Positions 24,893 through 38,770 are shown, counted from the first letter of the stretch. The stretch is DNA of 64,000 nucleotides from Chiloscyllium plagiosum (GCF_004010195.1 NC_057718.1:89693497-89757496); one strand, 5' to 3'. Made by a program: numbers and translations. Notes: a model not told the origin generated them from the sequence alone.

Positions 24893-25009
24893 GCTCCTGA
24901 TTTTAGCAACTGGGTTCCACTTTGCACTTTTCTGGCTGTGTTTTAAAATAAAGCAAAGTCTGCTTCATTAACCAGTCGTCTTTAGTTCGTAATGCTGGAC
25001 TGTATTTCA

Positions 25010-26030
25010 CTAGGACCGTGAAAACGCGATTCTACTGAAGCCCTCAGCTAGACTGCACACCGAGAGCTGGGCTGTGCTGGCACTTACACTTGCTGAGGGG
25101 ACGCCACACATCCAAGTGAGTACACGGTTTTATAAAGCCTCAGCAGAAGCAGCCGTATTGACAACTTACCGTGGAGATACTGAAAGAATCCAGTCACTAG
25201 GTTCAGTGATGTCACCCTCTTGCCAGAGACTCCTTTGCAGCTGGCCATTATGTGTGACGCATCTTGCAATGAATCGGTAAAATGTTTTAAAATTCCAATG
25301 ATCCCCGAGGGAGGGGCGGGGTTTGATTCTGCGGGAACGTCCTCCTGCGTGGTCTCACCTGCGCGGTGTCTCCCCCCCCTCCATGGACGTGCAGAGTGAC
25401 CCCAGGCGGGTGCTGAGTGGGATTTTTAATTCCTGACTTCCTCCCGCCCAGTTTCTGTGAAAGATGAGATGGGGTGGGGAGTCCGGCGAATCCAACCACT
25501 TTCTCACCACGCCAGGGGCTTGATCCGAGGCGATGTCACTGCAGCTTTCCCCCCACACCCCGAAGCCTTAGATCCGAAAGTAACAGGCATTAATCCGACA
25601 TTCCGGGAGGATACTGCCTCTTGTCACCGTGACAGTCAGAGAGCTCCAGTCATCGGGCAGATGGACTCTGAGCAGACTTTGTCCAGGGACGTACACACAC
25701 ACACTCACACAGACACACAGCCTGAGCACCGACTGCAGAAGACTGACAGCGGGCTGGTATTCCTGCTGCAGTGATAGCTCGACTGAAACACATCTCAGGC
25801 AGGATTTGCTACAGAATTCACCCCTTCACATCGCTCCCACAAGCTTCCACAGTGCGCCTCCTGTTGCAGGGATGCAGAATGAGTGCATTCTCACACGCCA
25901 AAGGTGGGGGGGCGGGGGTGGGAAAAAACCGACGCACTATTTTCATCTCTCTTTCTCTTTGACACATCAAATTCAAAACGTGGGACTAACAGAAATCTTG
26001 AATTCAGCTCACACGCTCGGAATGTGAACT
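25010..26030 (-). promoter_or_regulatory. CpG-enriched unique segment; candidate promoter or first exon(s) of a minus-strand transcript
   Basis: Dense CpG, GC boxes (ggggcgggg at 25313), donors CAG|GTGAGA (25359) and ACG|GTAAGT (25170). Confidence 0.4.
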
Positions 26031-27564
26031 GGGAACCCTGTAATGACTGCAGCATTTATAATCCACAAACTGACTGAGATACCATCTACTGTAATACCTT
26101 CTGTATCCACTACATCAATGGGTTACTGCAAATGGTGATTTAAAGCTATAATTTGCAGTCTGACCACTCATGGTTTTACCTCATATTTATAGATTTAGAA
26201 CAGGAGGAGACCAATCAGCTCCTCAAAGCCGTCCTATCATTCAGTTAGATCACGGCTGACCTGGTAATCGCTCCATTTATCCATAACATAAGGAGTACTG
26301 TGATCAATTATTTTAATATTCTGGGCCACTAATGCCAGAGGGGTATGAGCTCGGATATTTGCAACATAAGGCAGCACAAGTCTTCAAGAGACTGGGATGG
26401 CAGAGATTTTAACTCCTTGAGTCGAGAGGGTTTGGGACAGATGTGGATGTCACTAAGTTCTGAATTCTGTCTTAAACCTGCCTCAGGCCCATCTTTAACT
26501 GAGTTGGGCAGGTGACCCACTCCCAGAAGGAGGAGCGCTGACAATTTAGTTACAATAAGATTCCATGCCCAATGTGCCAGTTATTTTTAAATTCATTGAC
26601 AGGATTAGGGCGTCACCCTTACTAGGCCGCCATTTATTGCTCATCCCTAAATGCCCAGAGGGCAGTTAAAAGTCAACCCCATTGCTGTGAATCTGCAGTC
26701 ACATGTAGGCCAGACCAGGTAAGGACGGCAGATTTCCTTCCCTAAAGAACACTAGTGAACCAGATGGCAATGGATTCACGGTCATCATTAGATGATTAAT
26801 TCTAGATTTAAAAAAAAATATTTGTTTCAAATTCCCCCATCTGCCAAGGTAGGATTTGAAACCAGGTACCCGGAACATTACTTCAGTCTCTGGATTAACA
26901 CTCCTGCAATAAAACCACTAGGCGGTCCACCTCCCGATAGGAGCGGACCCTGGATAATTCCAGCAGCGAAAGGAAAATGAGGACTCCTGGATCCTGGGGG
27001 TCAGAGGTTAGCTATCTATCTGCTGGATCCAATTTCACCCACTCTCCATTAAGACAGTGGTCACCAGCTTCAATTTCCCACCACTCAAGGCTTCTGAGCC
27101 TCCTTCTGATCTCCTCTTGTCTCTGACCTCTCACTCGCCCTGTCAACCTTGCCAAACTCCCCTCCTACCATTCTGTTGCCCCCAGCTCTGCTTTGCTCCT
27201 GCAGGAAGTATGGTCTCTGACAGCAGGCCCCACTACCATCCCCTGTCCCCTGGATAATATCCACCCGTGTTTATGTGGCTCACGGGGCCTTCATTTGTCC
27301 AGGGTGCCGGAGGGAAAGGGAGCATCTGTTGTGCCAGGCCATCACAGTATGCCGCCTCCCCCCCCCCCCCACAAGACGCACTCTCTCCACCAGCCCCTCC
27401 CCCCCCCACAGCTGGCTGCCTCCACTCTTGGTTCAGAGGCCTTCTGGCTGCTGGAGAGCCTGAGGCTTGGAGTCAGGCTTATCACGGGCTGAAAGTTTGA
27501 CTCTCCTCCTTCACTCATCAGAACACTGCAGATGCTGCCTGTCTGGGGTGGAAGGCGATGGGAT

Positions 27565-28095
27565 CAGGCTGGGGGTGGAGGGCCACAGACCTAGTTTAGC
27601 AACTATGTCCCTGAGGACCAGCTCGATCAGTGGTGCTGCTGCAGAGCCACTCTTGGTGGTGGGCATTTGAAATCTCCCACCCAGAGTACCTTCTGTCCCC
27701 TTGCCATGCTCAGTGCTTCCTCCCTGTTCAACAGGGACGAAACCTCGCTCATTAGCCGAGGGGTGGGGACTACAGACGGTGTCTTTGCCCATACTTGACC
27801 CTGATGCCATCATGGAATCGGGAGTCAGTGTTGAGGACTCCTGGGATAAAACCATTTCAACTATCGACCACCTCTGGTGAGTCTGTCCTGTCAGTGAGGC
27901 AGGATGTACAGGGATACTGATGGTGGTGCCGCAGCTATTGTCTGTAAAGTATGATTCCTTGGGTATGAACACGTCAGGCTGATACTTGACCAGTTTGTGA
28001 GACAGCTCTCCCAATTTTGATACAAGCCCCCTCCCCTCAGATCTTAGTAAGATTCGATGGGTCTGTGTGTGCCTTTCTTGTTTACTCGTCCCTCA
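27565..28095 (-). mobile_element. Second CR1/L2-group LINE, endonuclease-region fragment
   Basis: LGELSHKLVKYQPDVFIPKESYFTD resembles the APE N-terminus (PD....E motif). Confidence 0.7.
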
Positions 28096-28500
28096 GTCGA
28101 GGCCAGGTCACACATCCGGCTTCGGTCCTTTCAAGTCAGCTAGTAATTCACTTCCTCCAAATACATTGATTTTGTGGGGGCGGGGAAGAGGAGTAATGCT
28201 CAGCGACTGAACTCTGACCTTTCACCTTTCGGGACACCCGGAGGGACGCGTGGGAAATGGAGGCCTGTGAGAAGGAAGCTTCGGATTGGGTCGGGGAAAC
28301 CACGGGTCACTGGCAACAAATCGCTGTGTGGTATGGCCTGAAGCAGGGAAGCAGCATTCTAAAGACTGGGACCTCCCTACTCTCGTCCTGAACAGCCCAT
28401 CTCTCACTGCTCACACCGGTTCAAAATGTGGGATCGGAGATATCAGGGAGGAAGGAGAGGTCAGACCCAAGATCCTTGGGTGGGAGAGAGTGGGAGATGG

Positions 28501-29185
28501 AGTCATAGAGTCATAGAGATGTACAGCACGGAAACAGACACTTCAATCCAACTCGTCCATGTCGACCAGATATCCTAACCTAATCTAGTTCTACTTGCCA
28601 GCACCTGGCCCATATCCCTCTAAACCCTTCCTATTCATACACCCATCCAGATGCCTTTTAAATGCTGCAATTGTAGCAGCCTCCAACACTGAATAATGGA
28701 GGGTGCTGGCAGCTGGGACTAGATTGGGTTGGGATATCTGGTCGGCATGGACGGGTTGGACCGAAGGATCTGTTTCCATGCTGTATATCTCTATGACACT
28801 ATGACTTCTTCTGGCAGCTCATTCCATACACGTACCACCCTCTGTGTGAAAAAGTTGCCCTTTACGTCCCTTTTAAATCTTTTCCCTCTCACCCTAAACC
28901 TATGCCCTCTAGTTCTGGACTCCCCCACCTCTGGGAAAAGCCCCTCATGATTTTATAAACCTCTATAAGTTCTGTGTGGTGCCTCAGCTATTGTCTGTAA
29001 AGTATGACTCCTTGGGTATGAACACGTCAGGCTGATACTTGACCAGTCTGTGAGACAGCTCTCCCAATTTTGATACGAGCCCCCTCCCTTCAGATTTTAG
29101 TAAGATTCGATGAGTCTGTGTGCCTTTCTTGTTTACTCGTCCTTCAGCCTCCGATGCTCCGGGGAAAACAGCACCAACCTAAGAT
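28501..29185 (-). mobile_element. CR1 3' fragment with a nested opposite-strand CR1 tail (28703-28805) and a templated insert
   Basis: The CR1 consensus resumes after each insert. Confidence 0.85.
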
Positions 29186-29409
29186 GGAGAGGTCCCCACT
29201 CTGCTCTGACTTTAATACACTGTGGATGGCCTGAAAAAGCTGAGGGCAGTCCTCCAGCCTCCAATAAAACCTGTGCCCAAGAGCTACAGTTGCTGCAGCA
29301 CCAGAACCCTGCAGTTACCACCCACTGGGGATGCAAACAGCCCCAAGGAAAGGAGTCATAGACACTACACAGGGCTTCCCAGATTGCGGGGGAGGGAAAT
29401 TAGCCACCT

Positions 29410-29705
29410 TAGATTACCTACAGTGTGGAAAAAGGCCATTCGGCCCAACAAGTCCACACCGACCCTCTGAAGAACAACCTAGCCCCCCCCACATTTACCC
29501 CCGACTAACGGACCTAACACTATGGCAATTTAGCATGGTCAATTCACCTGACCTGCACGTCTTCGGAGTGTGGGAAGAAACCCAAGCACCCGGAGGAACC
29601 CCACGCAAACACGGGGAGAATGTGCAAACTTCACTCAATCACCCGTGGCTGGAATTGAACCCAGGTTCCTGGCCCTGTGAGCTAACCACTCAGCCACCAT
29701 GCCGC
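29410..29705 (-). mobile_element. HE1-like V-SINE
   Basis: V-domain, A/B boxes. Confidence 0.85.
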
Positions 29706-31009
29706 CTTATGAGCCACCTTATGGAGCAGGGGACAGGAGTTGAAGGTCAGATGGGGAGGTAGGGAGTGAAGTTGACCCCTGCCTCCCACTGTCGCCCAGC
29801 TTCCACTGCCCACCTCTTTTAGGCAGTAGATGTGGATTGAGGTCCTTCATTGCAGTTAATAGGCCCAGGAGCGTTTGAGCTAGTGTGCACCTTACTCACC
29901 CCCAATATTATGGGCACCAGATTGGGTGCACGGGCAGGAAAGTGCTGGGCACCCAGTCACCATAGTTCACATTTGTTTCAGTGATGTGGATCAGCCAGGA
30001 CCGTGGGGATAGCTGACTTTATTCAGCATAGTGTCCTCAGAGGGCTTTGGTTTAATGCTTCATTTGAAGGGAGTAATTAGTGTCTAATGAACGCTATCAA
30101 TGATCTCTAGGCAGGAAGCTATTCCTGTGGGAGTCACTTTTCTACCTGTGTAAGAGGAGTTCTGGTCATCACTCTCCTGACTCCCTTTCCACTCACCCAG
30201 CTTCCCCTCTCAAATTTTCCCCAAAAACTGAGGCATCCTCACGTGGCATTTGGGCTTCCCAACAGTTGTCCCTTCAACACAACGTCAAGCAGATCATTTT
30301 ATATTTTTGTTCGAAAGTAAATATCTCCACATTAACACAACTTACATATTCCCCAGTTACAGCAACAATTTTAGTCAGTAAGCAACAGGAAACCGAGAAT
30401 CAATGGCAGGAGATTAAGTGTCACATTTTCCATACTGTTATTGAACAACAAGCCCTTTCTACTTACTGTAGTATATTAAAACGTTACAGAGATTTCAATA
30501 GTCTTTTGTTCTTATTACACTGATATCATTCAGCTCAGAAGTTCAGTTAGAGCTTTAGCAAACAGTGAACAATTGTGTAGCATCTTAAGCTGATGGCTGC
30601 TGTTTCGGTTTCTTCGCAAGATCATCTGTCGGAGAGGGAATCTTACTCACTACCTGAAGCATGTTTAAAATCTGACAACAAGCTCAAATGTCCTGCAGGT
30701 TGGCTTGTGTAAAGAGAAACTTGAAGTCAAAGCCTTGGGTCAGCGCTGGCAGAAGAGCCAAGCTAATGCTAGCTTCATCAGCAGGGTTCGAGGCCCACTT
30801 GCGGAATTGAGTGTAAAGGTTATGGCTGATACTCTCTGTGCGATGTTGGAAGAGGACGGCAGAAGTGAATGTGCTGTCTTTCAAATGAGATACTGAAATC
30901 AATGTCCGACCTCCCCTCTCATTTGGAGAATGGGAGCACAGCACACCTGATTAAAAGCAGGGGGGCTCTCTCTGTCACCCTGGTCAGTGTGCTCCACTTC
31001 TGCAACATA

Positions 31010-31470
31010 CAAACCTCATCTTAATACTCTTCAGCCAGCACTATTACCATATCTTTTATTCATTTCCACCTCATGTGCTCATCTCAGCCCATACACCTTA
31101 ACCACTCACTGCATGAGATAGAAGATCCAAATGCTCACCACCACCTTGCATATAAGTGAATTCTTTATTCCATTGTATATACTTATGAACTTTACTTTTC
31201 GACACCCCTAGAAGTGAAACATTTTCTCTACATCCACCGTATTCAAAGTTATCTTGTTCCTCAGCCACTGCTTTCCTCAAGAAAATGGTCCCAAGCCTTT
31301 GTTTCTGTCCTTCCTCATAGACGTACAACTGCACAGTCCCAATGTCATCCTTCAAAATCATGTTGACACTCTCTGCAGTCTGTTTTATAAAGTGGAGGTC
31401 AGAATTGTGTGAAATATTATCAATGTGGTTTAGCCACAGTTCGACGCAAGTGTAACATAATTTCTCTGCT
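31010..31470 (-). mobile_element. Old CR1 fragment
   Basis: Decayed similarity to the CR1 C-terminus (QFWSP and FF.QRV-type regions). Confidence 0.5.
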
Positions 31471-31522
31471 TAGGGAACTGAGGACTGTGAGGAGCAGATG
31501 TGAAAGAATTGAGGTCTGGGGC

Positions 31523-31833
31523 AGATTAGATTAGATTCCCTAAAGTGTGGAAACTGGCCCTCCGGCCCAACAAGTCCACACTGTCCCTCCGAATAGCTAC
31601 CCACCCAGACCCATCTCCCCACATTTACCCCTAACTAATGCACCTAACACTATGGGCAATTTAGCCTGGTCAATTCACCTGACCTGCACATCTTTTGGAC
31701 TGTGGGAGGAAACCACGCAGACACGGGGAGAACGTACAAGCTCCCACATAGACAGCCACCCAAGGCTGGAATTGAACCCGGCTCCCTGGTGCTGTGAGGC
31801 AACAGTGCTAACCACTGAGCCACTGTGTCACCC
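31523..31833 (-). mobile_element. HE1-like V-SINE
   Basis: A box tggctcagtgg, B box, (aatct)n tail. Confidence 0.9.
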
Positions 31834-31964
31834 TGATGATCTAACGGAATATCAGGATAGGTTTGAGGGGCTGAATAGCCTACTCCTGTTCCAAGTTCTT
31901 GTGTTCTTATTCATTCAGGTTGGTTAAGAACAATTTCTTCTGTGTTGTTATCAGGTTTATGGAC

Positions 31965-32130
31965 AGGCCTCTCACATGTTAGAGTTGATCTTTCGCTGCA
32001 GCACAATATTCTGCATTCTGTTCTATTACCCTAATGTACTGATGATAAGATATGATCTGTCTGGCTAGCACACAAAACAATACTTTCCACTGTATCTCAG
32101 TACATGTGAAAATAATAAATCAAATCAAAT
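31965..32130 (+). mobile_element. Rex1/Babar-like LINE 3' tail
   Basis: ccactgtatctcagtacatgtgaaaataataaatcaaatcaaat terminus. Confidence 0.5.
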
Positions 32131-32161
32131 GCCATCTAAAACAGGAAGATGAGAATCACTT

Positions 32162-33690
32162 AGTCATAGAGTCATACTGCATGGAAACAGACCCCTTGGT
32201 CCAACTCATCCACGCCGACTAAGTTTCCAAACGAAACCTGTTCCACTTGCCTGCATTTGGACCATATCCCTCTCGACCCTTCCTATTCATGTACCTGTCT
32301 GAATGTCTTTGAAATGTTGTAACTGTACCAGCCTCCACCATTTTCTCTGGCAGTTCATTCCACACACGAACCACTCTCTGTGAAAAAATTTCCCCTCAGA
32401 TCTCTTTTAAATCTTTCCCTTCTCACTTTAAACCAATGCCCTCCTGTTTTGGATCCCACTACCCAAGGGAAACAGCTTTCACTATTCACCTTATCTATTT
32501 CCCACATGATTTTTTAAACCTCTGTAAGGTCACCCATTAACCTCCTACGCTCCAGCCTATTCAGCCTTTCCCTATGACTCAAACCTCCCCAGCCTCAGAA
32601 AGTCATAGACAATTTGATAGAATGGGCAGTTAAATGGCAGATTAAATTTAGTGCCAGGAAATGTGAAGTGATTAATTTTGGGAGGAAGAGGCATTATAAC
32701 ATAAAAGATACAACTCTAAACGAAGTGAAGGAACATAGGGACCTAGGAATATATGAACATAAACCATTGAAGATGTGAAGGTGTTGGTCAGAACACAGAA
32801 TAGATTCATTAAAATAGCTGCAGGCATGACAGACTTCCTTTTGTGGACAGACTGGAGAAATTGGGAATAATTTTCTCATCAATTGGGTCAATAGGCTGAA
32901 CAGTCACAAATGGAGTTTAATTTAGATAAGTGCAAGGTAACGCATTTTAGTAAAACAAACATGAGCAGGACTAATACAATTAATAGTCGAGCCTTGGGTA
33001 GTGTTGTAGAACAGAGAGACCTAGAGGTTCAGGTACATAATTCTTTGAAGTTTGCATCACATGTAAACAGAGTGGTTAAGAAGGCATTTAGCACACTTGT
33101 TCTCATTGCTCTGAATATAGGAGTTGGGACGTCATATTGAGGTTGTACAGGACGTTGGTGAGGCCTCTCCTGGAATACTGTGTGCAGTTCTGGTCACCCT
33201 ATTATAGGAAGGATATTACTAAGCTGGAGAGGGTTCAGAAGAGATTTACCAGGATGTTGCCGGGAACAAAGGGATTAAGTTATAAGGAGAGCCTGGATAA
33301 ACTGGGATTTTTTTTGTTGGAGCGTAGGAGATTGATGAGTGACCTTGTAGAGGTTTCTAAAACCATGAAGAGTACAAATAAGATGAAATGGTAGATGTTT
33401 ATTCTCAAGAGTGAGAGATTTCAAGACAAAGGGGCATATTTTTAAAATGAGAGGAGAAAGATTTAAAACTTTTTTTACACAGAGTGGTTCATGTGTGGAA
33501 TGAACTTCCAAAGGAAGTGTTGGATGCGGGGACAGTTACAATGAATAAAAGACATATGGATAAGTTCGTGAATAAGAAATGTCTGGAGGGATATGGGCAA
33601 AGCAGGTGGGACTAACTTAGTTTGGGATTATGGTTAGCATGGACTGGTTGGACTGAAGGGTCTGATCCCGTGCCATATGACTCAATGAGA
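32162..33690. mobile_element. CR1 fragments: 32162-32600 (-), 32600-32790 (+, old), 32880-33690 (+)
   Basis: MEFNLDKCKV..LYRTLVRPLLEYCVQFWSP..KLERVQKRFTRM. Confidence 0.9.
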
Positions 33691-35115
33691 TTAATAAGAA
33701 ATCTGGAATGTACTGTCCGAGAGCGTGGGGGAGGCTGGTTCATTTCCATTGGTAGTTTTAGGGGCTAAAATTTCACGACTGGTTAACTTTTAAGGATTAA
33801 TCGCTGAGTTCAGATATTTCCTAGTCAACCCAGTCAGTGATGTTATTAGACACCTCTGGAGTAGGTGGGACTTTAACCCTGGCCTCCCAGCTCAAAGGTA
33901 GGGACATTACCATGCACTTCCTAAGGGCATTAGTGAATCAGATGGTTGTTTACAACATTGGTTACATAGTTCAGTATTTGCTATGTTGAGATCTGAACCC
34001 ATAACCCCAGAATGTTAAACCCTGATTGCTAAATCCAGTGATATTATCACTATACCACCACCTCCCAATAACTTGGCTCACCTGACACAGAGAAACTGCA
34101 GACAGACGTGTGCTATAGAGAGGGGAATTCTAAAGCCCGATTGCTCTAATCATCAAGGGAGCTGACCCCTTGTACAAGGGGCTCTTATGGTGCAGTGGTA
34201 GTGTCTCCACCTCTAGGCCTGGAGACCTGGGTTTAAGTTCCGCTTGCTCCCTAACAGGTTGATTAGGAAACATCTTGACCCCTTTGTGCCTTTTTCTGTA
34301 ACAGCAAACTTCTCAAAACCCACTTCAACAGTAGCAATGGGAATCCACGGATCACTGCAATCCAGCCAACTCCAAAAGGAGCAAGGTTAGCAACTGCTCT
34401 CATTAAGACTCAACCTGTCTATCAGGAAGCGGTCAGCTTTGAGACCACTGCGTTCACATTGATTTGCAACCTGGATGATAAATCTGTGCAGAACCTCTGA
34501 CTTTTCCCTAATCTTTCCAAGGCTGATTAATTACCACTCAAGGTTTGCTCTGTAGCACCTCGGCTGCTTTCGTGTAGTAACCATAGTTTCTTACAAGCTG
34601 TGTGCCCACAACAAACACAGTGTTTCAGCCAGGAAACTCCCACCCAAGCTGCATTATCCTTCAACTGGTAGCCATGGCAACTGGTCTCCCAAAGACTCGA
34701 TTCTTCTGTCCCTGTTCTTAACATTCACTTCGATCTGAAGCCCTTGCCTCTGCTGGGAAGAACTGGGGGTTTTACTGAGCCGGGAGCAGAATGAGCTGGT
34801 GGAAGGACAGACTCGAATTGACACCCGTGGTCAAACAGAGGAGCAGCACAGGTGCAAGAAAAGACACTTGCAGAAGAGCAGTGAAAAACCACATCTAAAA
34901 ATGTAAAGGGACAACCATACTGTTAAGGTGATATCTTCTCACCCACGACGTGATGAGTTGTCGACTTCTGGGCTTCAGTCACGACTAGTGCTTTCAGTGG
35001 ACTTGTGCATTTGAACCAAGATACAAATACATTTAGGGCTTTCCACTCCTAATTAAGATATTGATCTTTTAAGCACTCACATAGATTAAAAATCTTACCA
35101 CTCCAGGTACTTTAA

Positions 35116-35450
35116 GGGTGGCACAGTGGCTCAGTGGTTAGCACTGCAGCCTCACAGCAATAGTGACCCCAGTTCGATCCTAACCTCGGGAGATTGTCTA
35201 CGTGGAACTTGCATGTTCTCCCGATGTCGGCGTGGGTTTCCTCTGGGTGCTCCAGTTCCCTCCCATTGTCCACAAATGCGATGGTTAGGTGGATTGGCCA
35301 TGTTAAATTGCCCCTATAGTGTCCAGGCCTATGCAGGCTAGGTGGGTTAATGATGGTAAATGTCAGGTTAAGGGGATAGAGTGGGATGCTCTTCAGGCAG
35401 TCGTGCAGCCTCAATGTGCTGAATGCTCTGACCCTGCACTGTACGGATTG
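35116..35450 (+). mobile_element. HE1-like V-SINE
   Basis: A box tggctcagtgg, V-domain. Confidence 0.85.
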
Positions 35451-35504
35451 TACAACATCTTCTGGCAATTTATTCCTATTGTAGGATGTTACGCTCACCT
35501 TATA

Positions 35505-35663
35505 CAAAGGAACCTTGATTATTCGGCATTCGAATAACCAAGTTTCGGATTATCCGAACAAAATTGTAAATTACCGATGCTTGACTAACTATGTTATCTG
35601 GCATTCGATTAACCGAACAAAATACTTCCCACTCATGTCCTTCGGATAATTGAGGTTCTTCTG
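35505..35663. mobile_element. Tc1/mariner (pogo/Tigger-type) MITE
   Basis: TIRs caaaggaaccttgattattcg and cggataattgaggttcttctg, TA on both flanks, internal (t)ccgaa-type subrepeats. Confidence 0.8.
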
Positions 35664-36004
35664 TATTGCAAACTGGTCACGCTGTAATTATATCCTCCCA
35701 CCAGCAGAGGTGCTGCTGTGCTACCTCTGGTAGGTGAGTGTAATTCCATGATCATTTGCATTGCAGGAAAAGGAATTTATAGTGAAAACATAAACATTTG
35801 GTCAGAGTGTTTGATATTAAAAAGAAGAGTCAGTTATATCTGTGCCATGATGCCCCGCCCTCTTTCCCCGTCTCGCCGAAAGACGGTGTTTGGTTTTCAC
35901 ACACAGCAGAAAGTCCGAAGGAGATTAACTTGTGTAAAGACAATCAGCCACTGACCGTGCTACAATAACAACTTTGATTTACGTAGCGGCTGTTACATAA
36001 GCAC

Positions 36005-36890
36005 AAAGACATGGCTTGGCTGGTGGTGAGGAGGGTTCTGCCTGTGAGATCCTTCATGTACACCTGGTCTGTCTGCACCACTGCACGCTGCCCTCAGAGT
36101 AACCGTTGAGACTGTCATGCACCTCCTGCTGGAATGTGCCTTTGCAAAGGAAGTCAGGAGGAAGATGCAGTGGTTTGTATCGAGGGTCATCCCGAGCAGC
36201 TCCGTGAAGCAGGACTCTGTGCTCTTTGGTCTGTTCCCCAGGACTCACACCGGGATAGCTACTGACTGCGCCTGGAGGACCATCAACTCGGTGAAAGATA
36301 CTCTTTGGCCTGCCCGAAACTTGTCAGGACGAGGAGTTGACCTCGACCGAGTGTTGCAGAGTGGCACATTCCATAGTCAAGGGCCACGTGCTGAGGGACG
36401 CAATAAAGCCTGGGGTAAATACTGCCAAGACACAGTGGGGAAAGACCACGGTCTGAGGTCCTTCAGCTGAAGTTAAATGGGGATCCGTTCAGTTATTGGA
36501 GCCTCCCAGTGCTTCAAATGTATGTAAATATAGTCTGGTTCAAGTAAGAGATACCTTTGTTTTGTTTGGATCGAGTCAAACTCCAAAGTTTATTTGTTTC
36601 CTTGCTACTGTACAGAATCAAGTTAAAAATCACACAACACCAGGTTATAGTCCAACAGGTTTAATTGGAGCTCCTTTTGTCAGGTGGTTGTGAGCAGCAG
36701 CGTTCCAAAAGCTAGTGCTTCCAAATAAACCTTTAGGACTATAACCTGGTGTTGTGTAATTTTTAACTTAGTACGCCCCAATCCAATACAAGCGTCTCCA
36801 AATCATGTACAGAACCAAAATGCATTTGTGCCTATGTGTATTCCTTTATGAATAAAACATACTTTGTAATTTAAACAAAATTGACAAACA
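36005..36890 (+). mobile_element. Tx1/L1-clade LINE 3' fragment
   Basis: HLLLECAFAKEV..DSVLFGLFP..AWRTINSVKDTLW.ARN; aataaa and A-rich tail. Confidence 0.85.
36622..36805. mobile_element. PLE family B fold-back insertion inside Tx1
   Basis: Inverted arms; TSD tgtacagaa(t/c)caa at 36609-36621 and 36806-36818. Confidence 0.8.
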
Positions 36891-37789
36891 TGTCAAAGTA
36901 TTTAGCTGGCTGCAAAATGTACTTGGGTGTTCGCAGGTTGAGTGAAATGCTATACACAGCTTGACCTAATGCTAGCTGCCTACTTTAATTCCATCTCCCT
37001 TCCCATTACCCCTTTTTCCTTTTTGTGGAATCAAATCCAACAAATTTATATGACACTTCTCATGACCACTAGGCATCTCTTCAGAAACAATGACGTATGG
37101 TTGAATTGTACCACTGTTATACTGTATGAAAGTCTGCAGCCAACTTGCACACAGCACAATCCCACTAACAGCTGTAGGGTCATGACCATATCATTAAATG
37201 TTCACTGAGGGATAAATATTGGCTGGGAGGCTGGAGACAATATCCCTGTTCTCTGTTGAAAATAGATGTTGAATCTTCTGTCTGTTTGTTTGCTAAGTGT
37301 GATGCTGGGTGTAAACATGGGCAGGAATCCTGCCAGCATGGCTAACCCACTGGGCCCCATGAGTGACCACTCCCTGGGCTTTCCTTCGGGATCACTTCCT
37401 GGGACAGCCCCTGCCTGCAACTGCAGGCCAATCAAAAGGCTGGTGCCATGGCAATGCCAAATTTCGGGGCAGCATGTTCAGGAGGTATCACTTTAAGGGG
37501 GAAGAGTAGCGGGGTGGGGGGAGGTGGGGGGGGTCCAGGAGTCATATGCAGGGCTTGTGGGGTCAAAAGCAAGGGCAGAGTGATGGCTATTGTCAGCTGT
37601 TACCCTCCACCTCCCACCAATCACCCACCAGGTCGGGGCGTAAAGAGGGGCACTCCACTCCCAGCCTGATAGCCAAGTTGGGGTAGCTACCAGCTCTCTC
37701 GCCGGTCAGTTCCAGTACACCATTACATTACTGTTAAGAGTCTCAATTGGTGGCTGTGACACAGAACTCAACTCCTCTGATGCCAGGAC

Positions 37790-38770
37790 TCTTGCCAATA
37801 TCTAGGACCAGAGGGTAGAATAAAGGGGCACCAACTGAAGGCTGAGATGAGGAGGATTTGTTCTCTCAGAGGCTCTAGAACTCCTTGCAATGGAGTAGTG
37901 ATGGGGAGGAAAGAGTCCTCCTGTATATTTAAGGCTGAGATGGGTCGATTCTTGATCAATCGGGGAATCAAGGAGTACAGGGAAAGTTGACATGAGGAAA
38001 GTCAGACCACCATGATCCTATTGAGTGGTGGAGCAGACTTGAAGGGCCTACTCTTGTTTCCATCTCTAATGTCAAAACTCACCGGATTTTCTTTCTCTCC
38101 CACCATTACCCAGAGTGCTGTGTAGTCTTTAATATCCACTCAAGGGGACAGATCAGATGCCACTGTAAGATCTGATCTGAGAGATGGCACCTCTGACATT
38201 ATAGCACTCCCTCGGAACTGCGCTGGAAGCTCAGCCCAACCTGGGCTGAGCTTATGGTTCAGGGAGAGAAGTGCTACCCATTGAGCAACAATGATTAGAA
38301 GCAAACGGCATTTCTCAGCCACATTAGGGAGGTTTAAACAATCCTTGGATAAGCACATAGATGCCAATGGGATAGTGTAGGGGGATGGGCTGAGATTAAT
38401 TCACAGGTCGGCGCAACATCGAGGACTAAAGGGCCTGTTCTGCGCTGTATTGTTCTATGTTCTATGACATCGGTAGAGCATTCTTAGAACAGCAGCAGTC
38501 AGTCATTGTGGAGGCCACGCTGTCACTGCGTCACACACAAAATGCCCTGCAAACTACAGGAGGATGCTACACCCCAAACTGGTGATGTTTGGCACTGGAT
38601 CACTGGCGTACTTAAGACAGAGATGGATAGTTCATTGATTGGTGAGGGGCTGAAAGGTTTTGGGGACAAGGCAGAAGAATGGGGTTGAGAAACCTATCAG
38701 CCATGATTGAACGGTGGAACAGACTCAAGGGGCCGAATGGCCCAAATCAGCTTCTATATCTTCTGGTCTT
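37790..38770 (+). mobile_element. Several CR1 3' fragments of different subfamilies
   Basis: Blocks 37790-38060, 38325-38465 and 38600-38770 with CR1-type tails. Confidence 0.7.

Noticed and set aside
35695..35740. CTCF site or hairpin RNA
   Set aside because: ccagcagaggtgct misses the core GGC positions; the inverted repeat is short and imperfect
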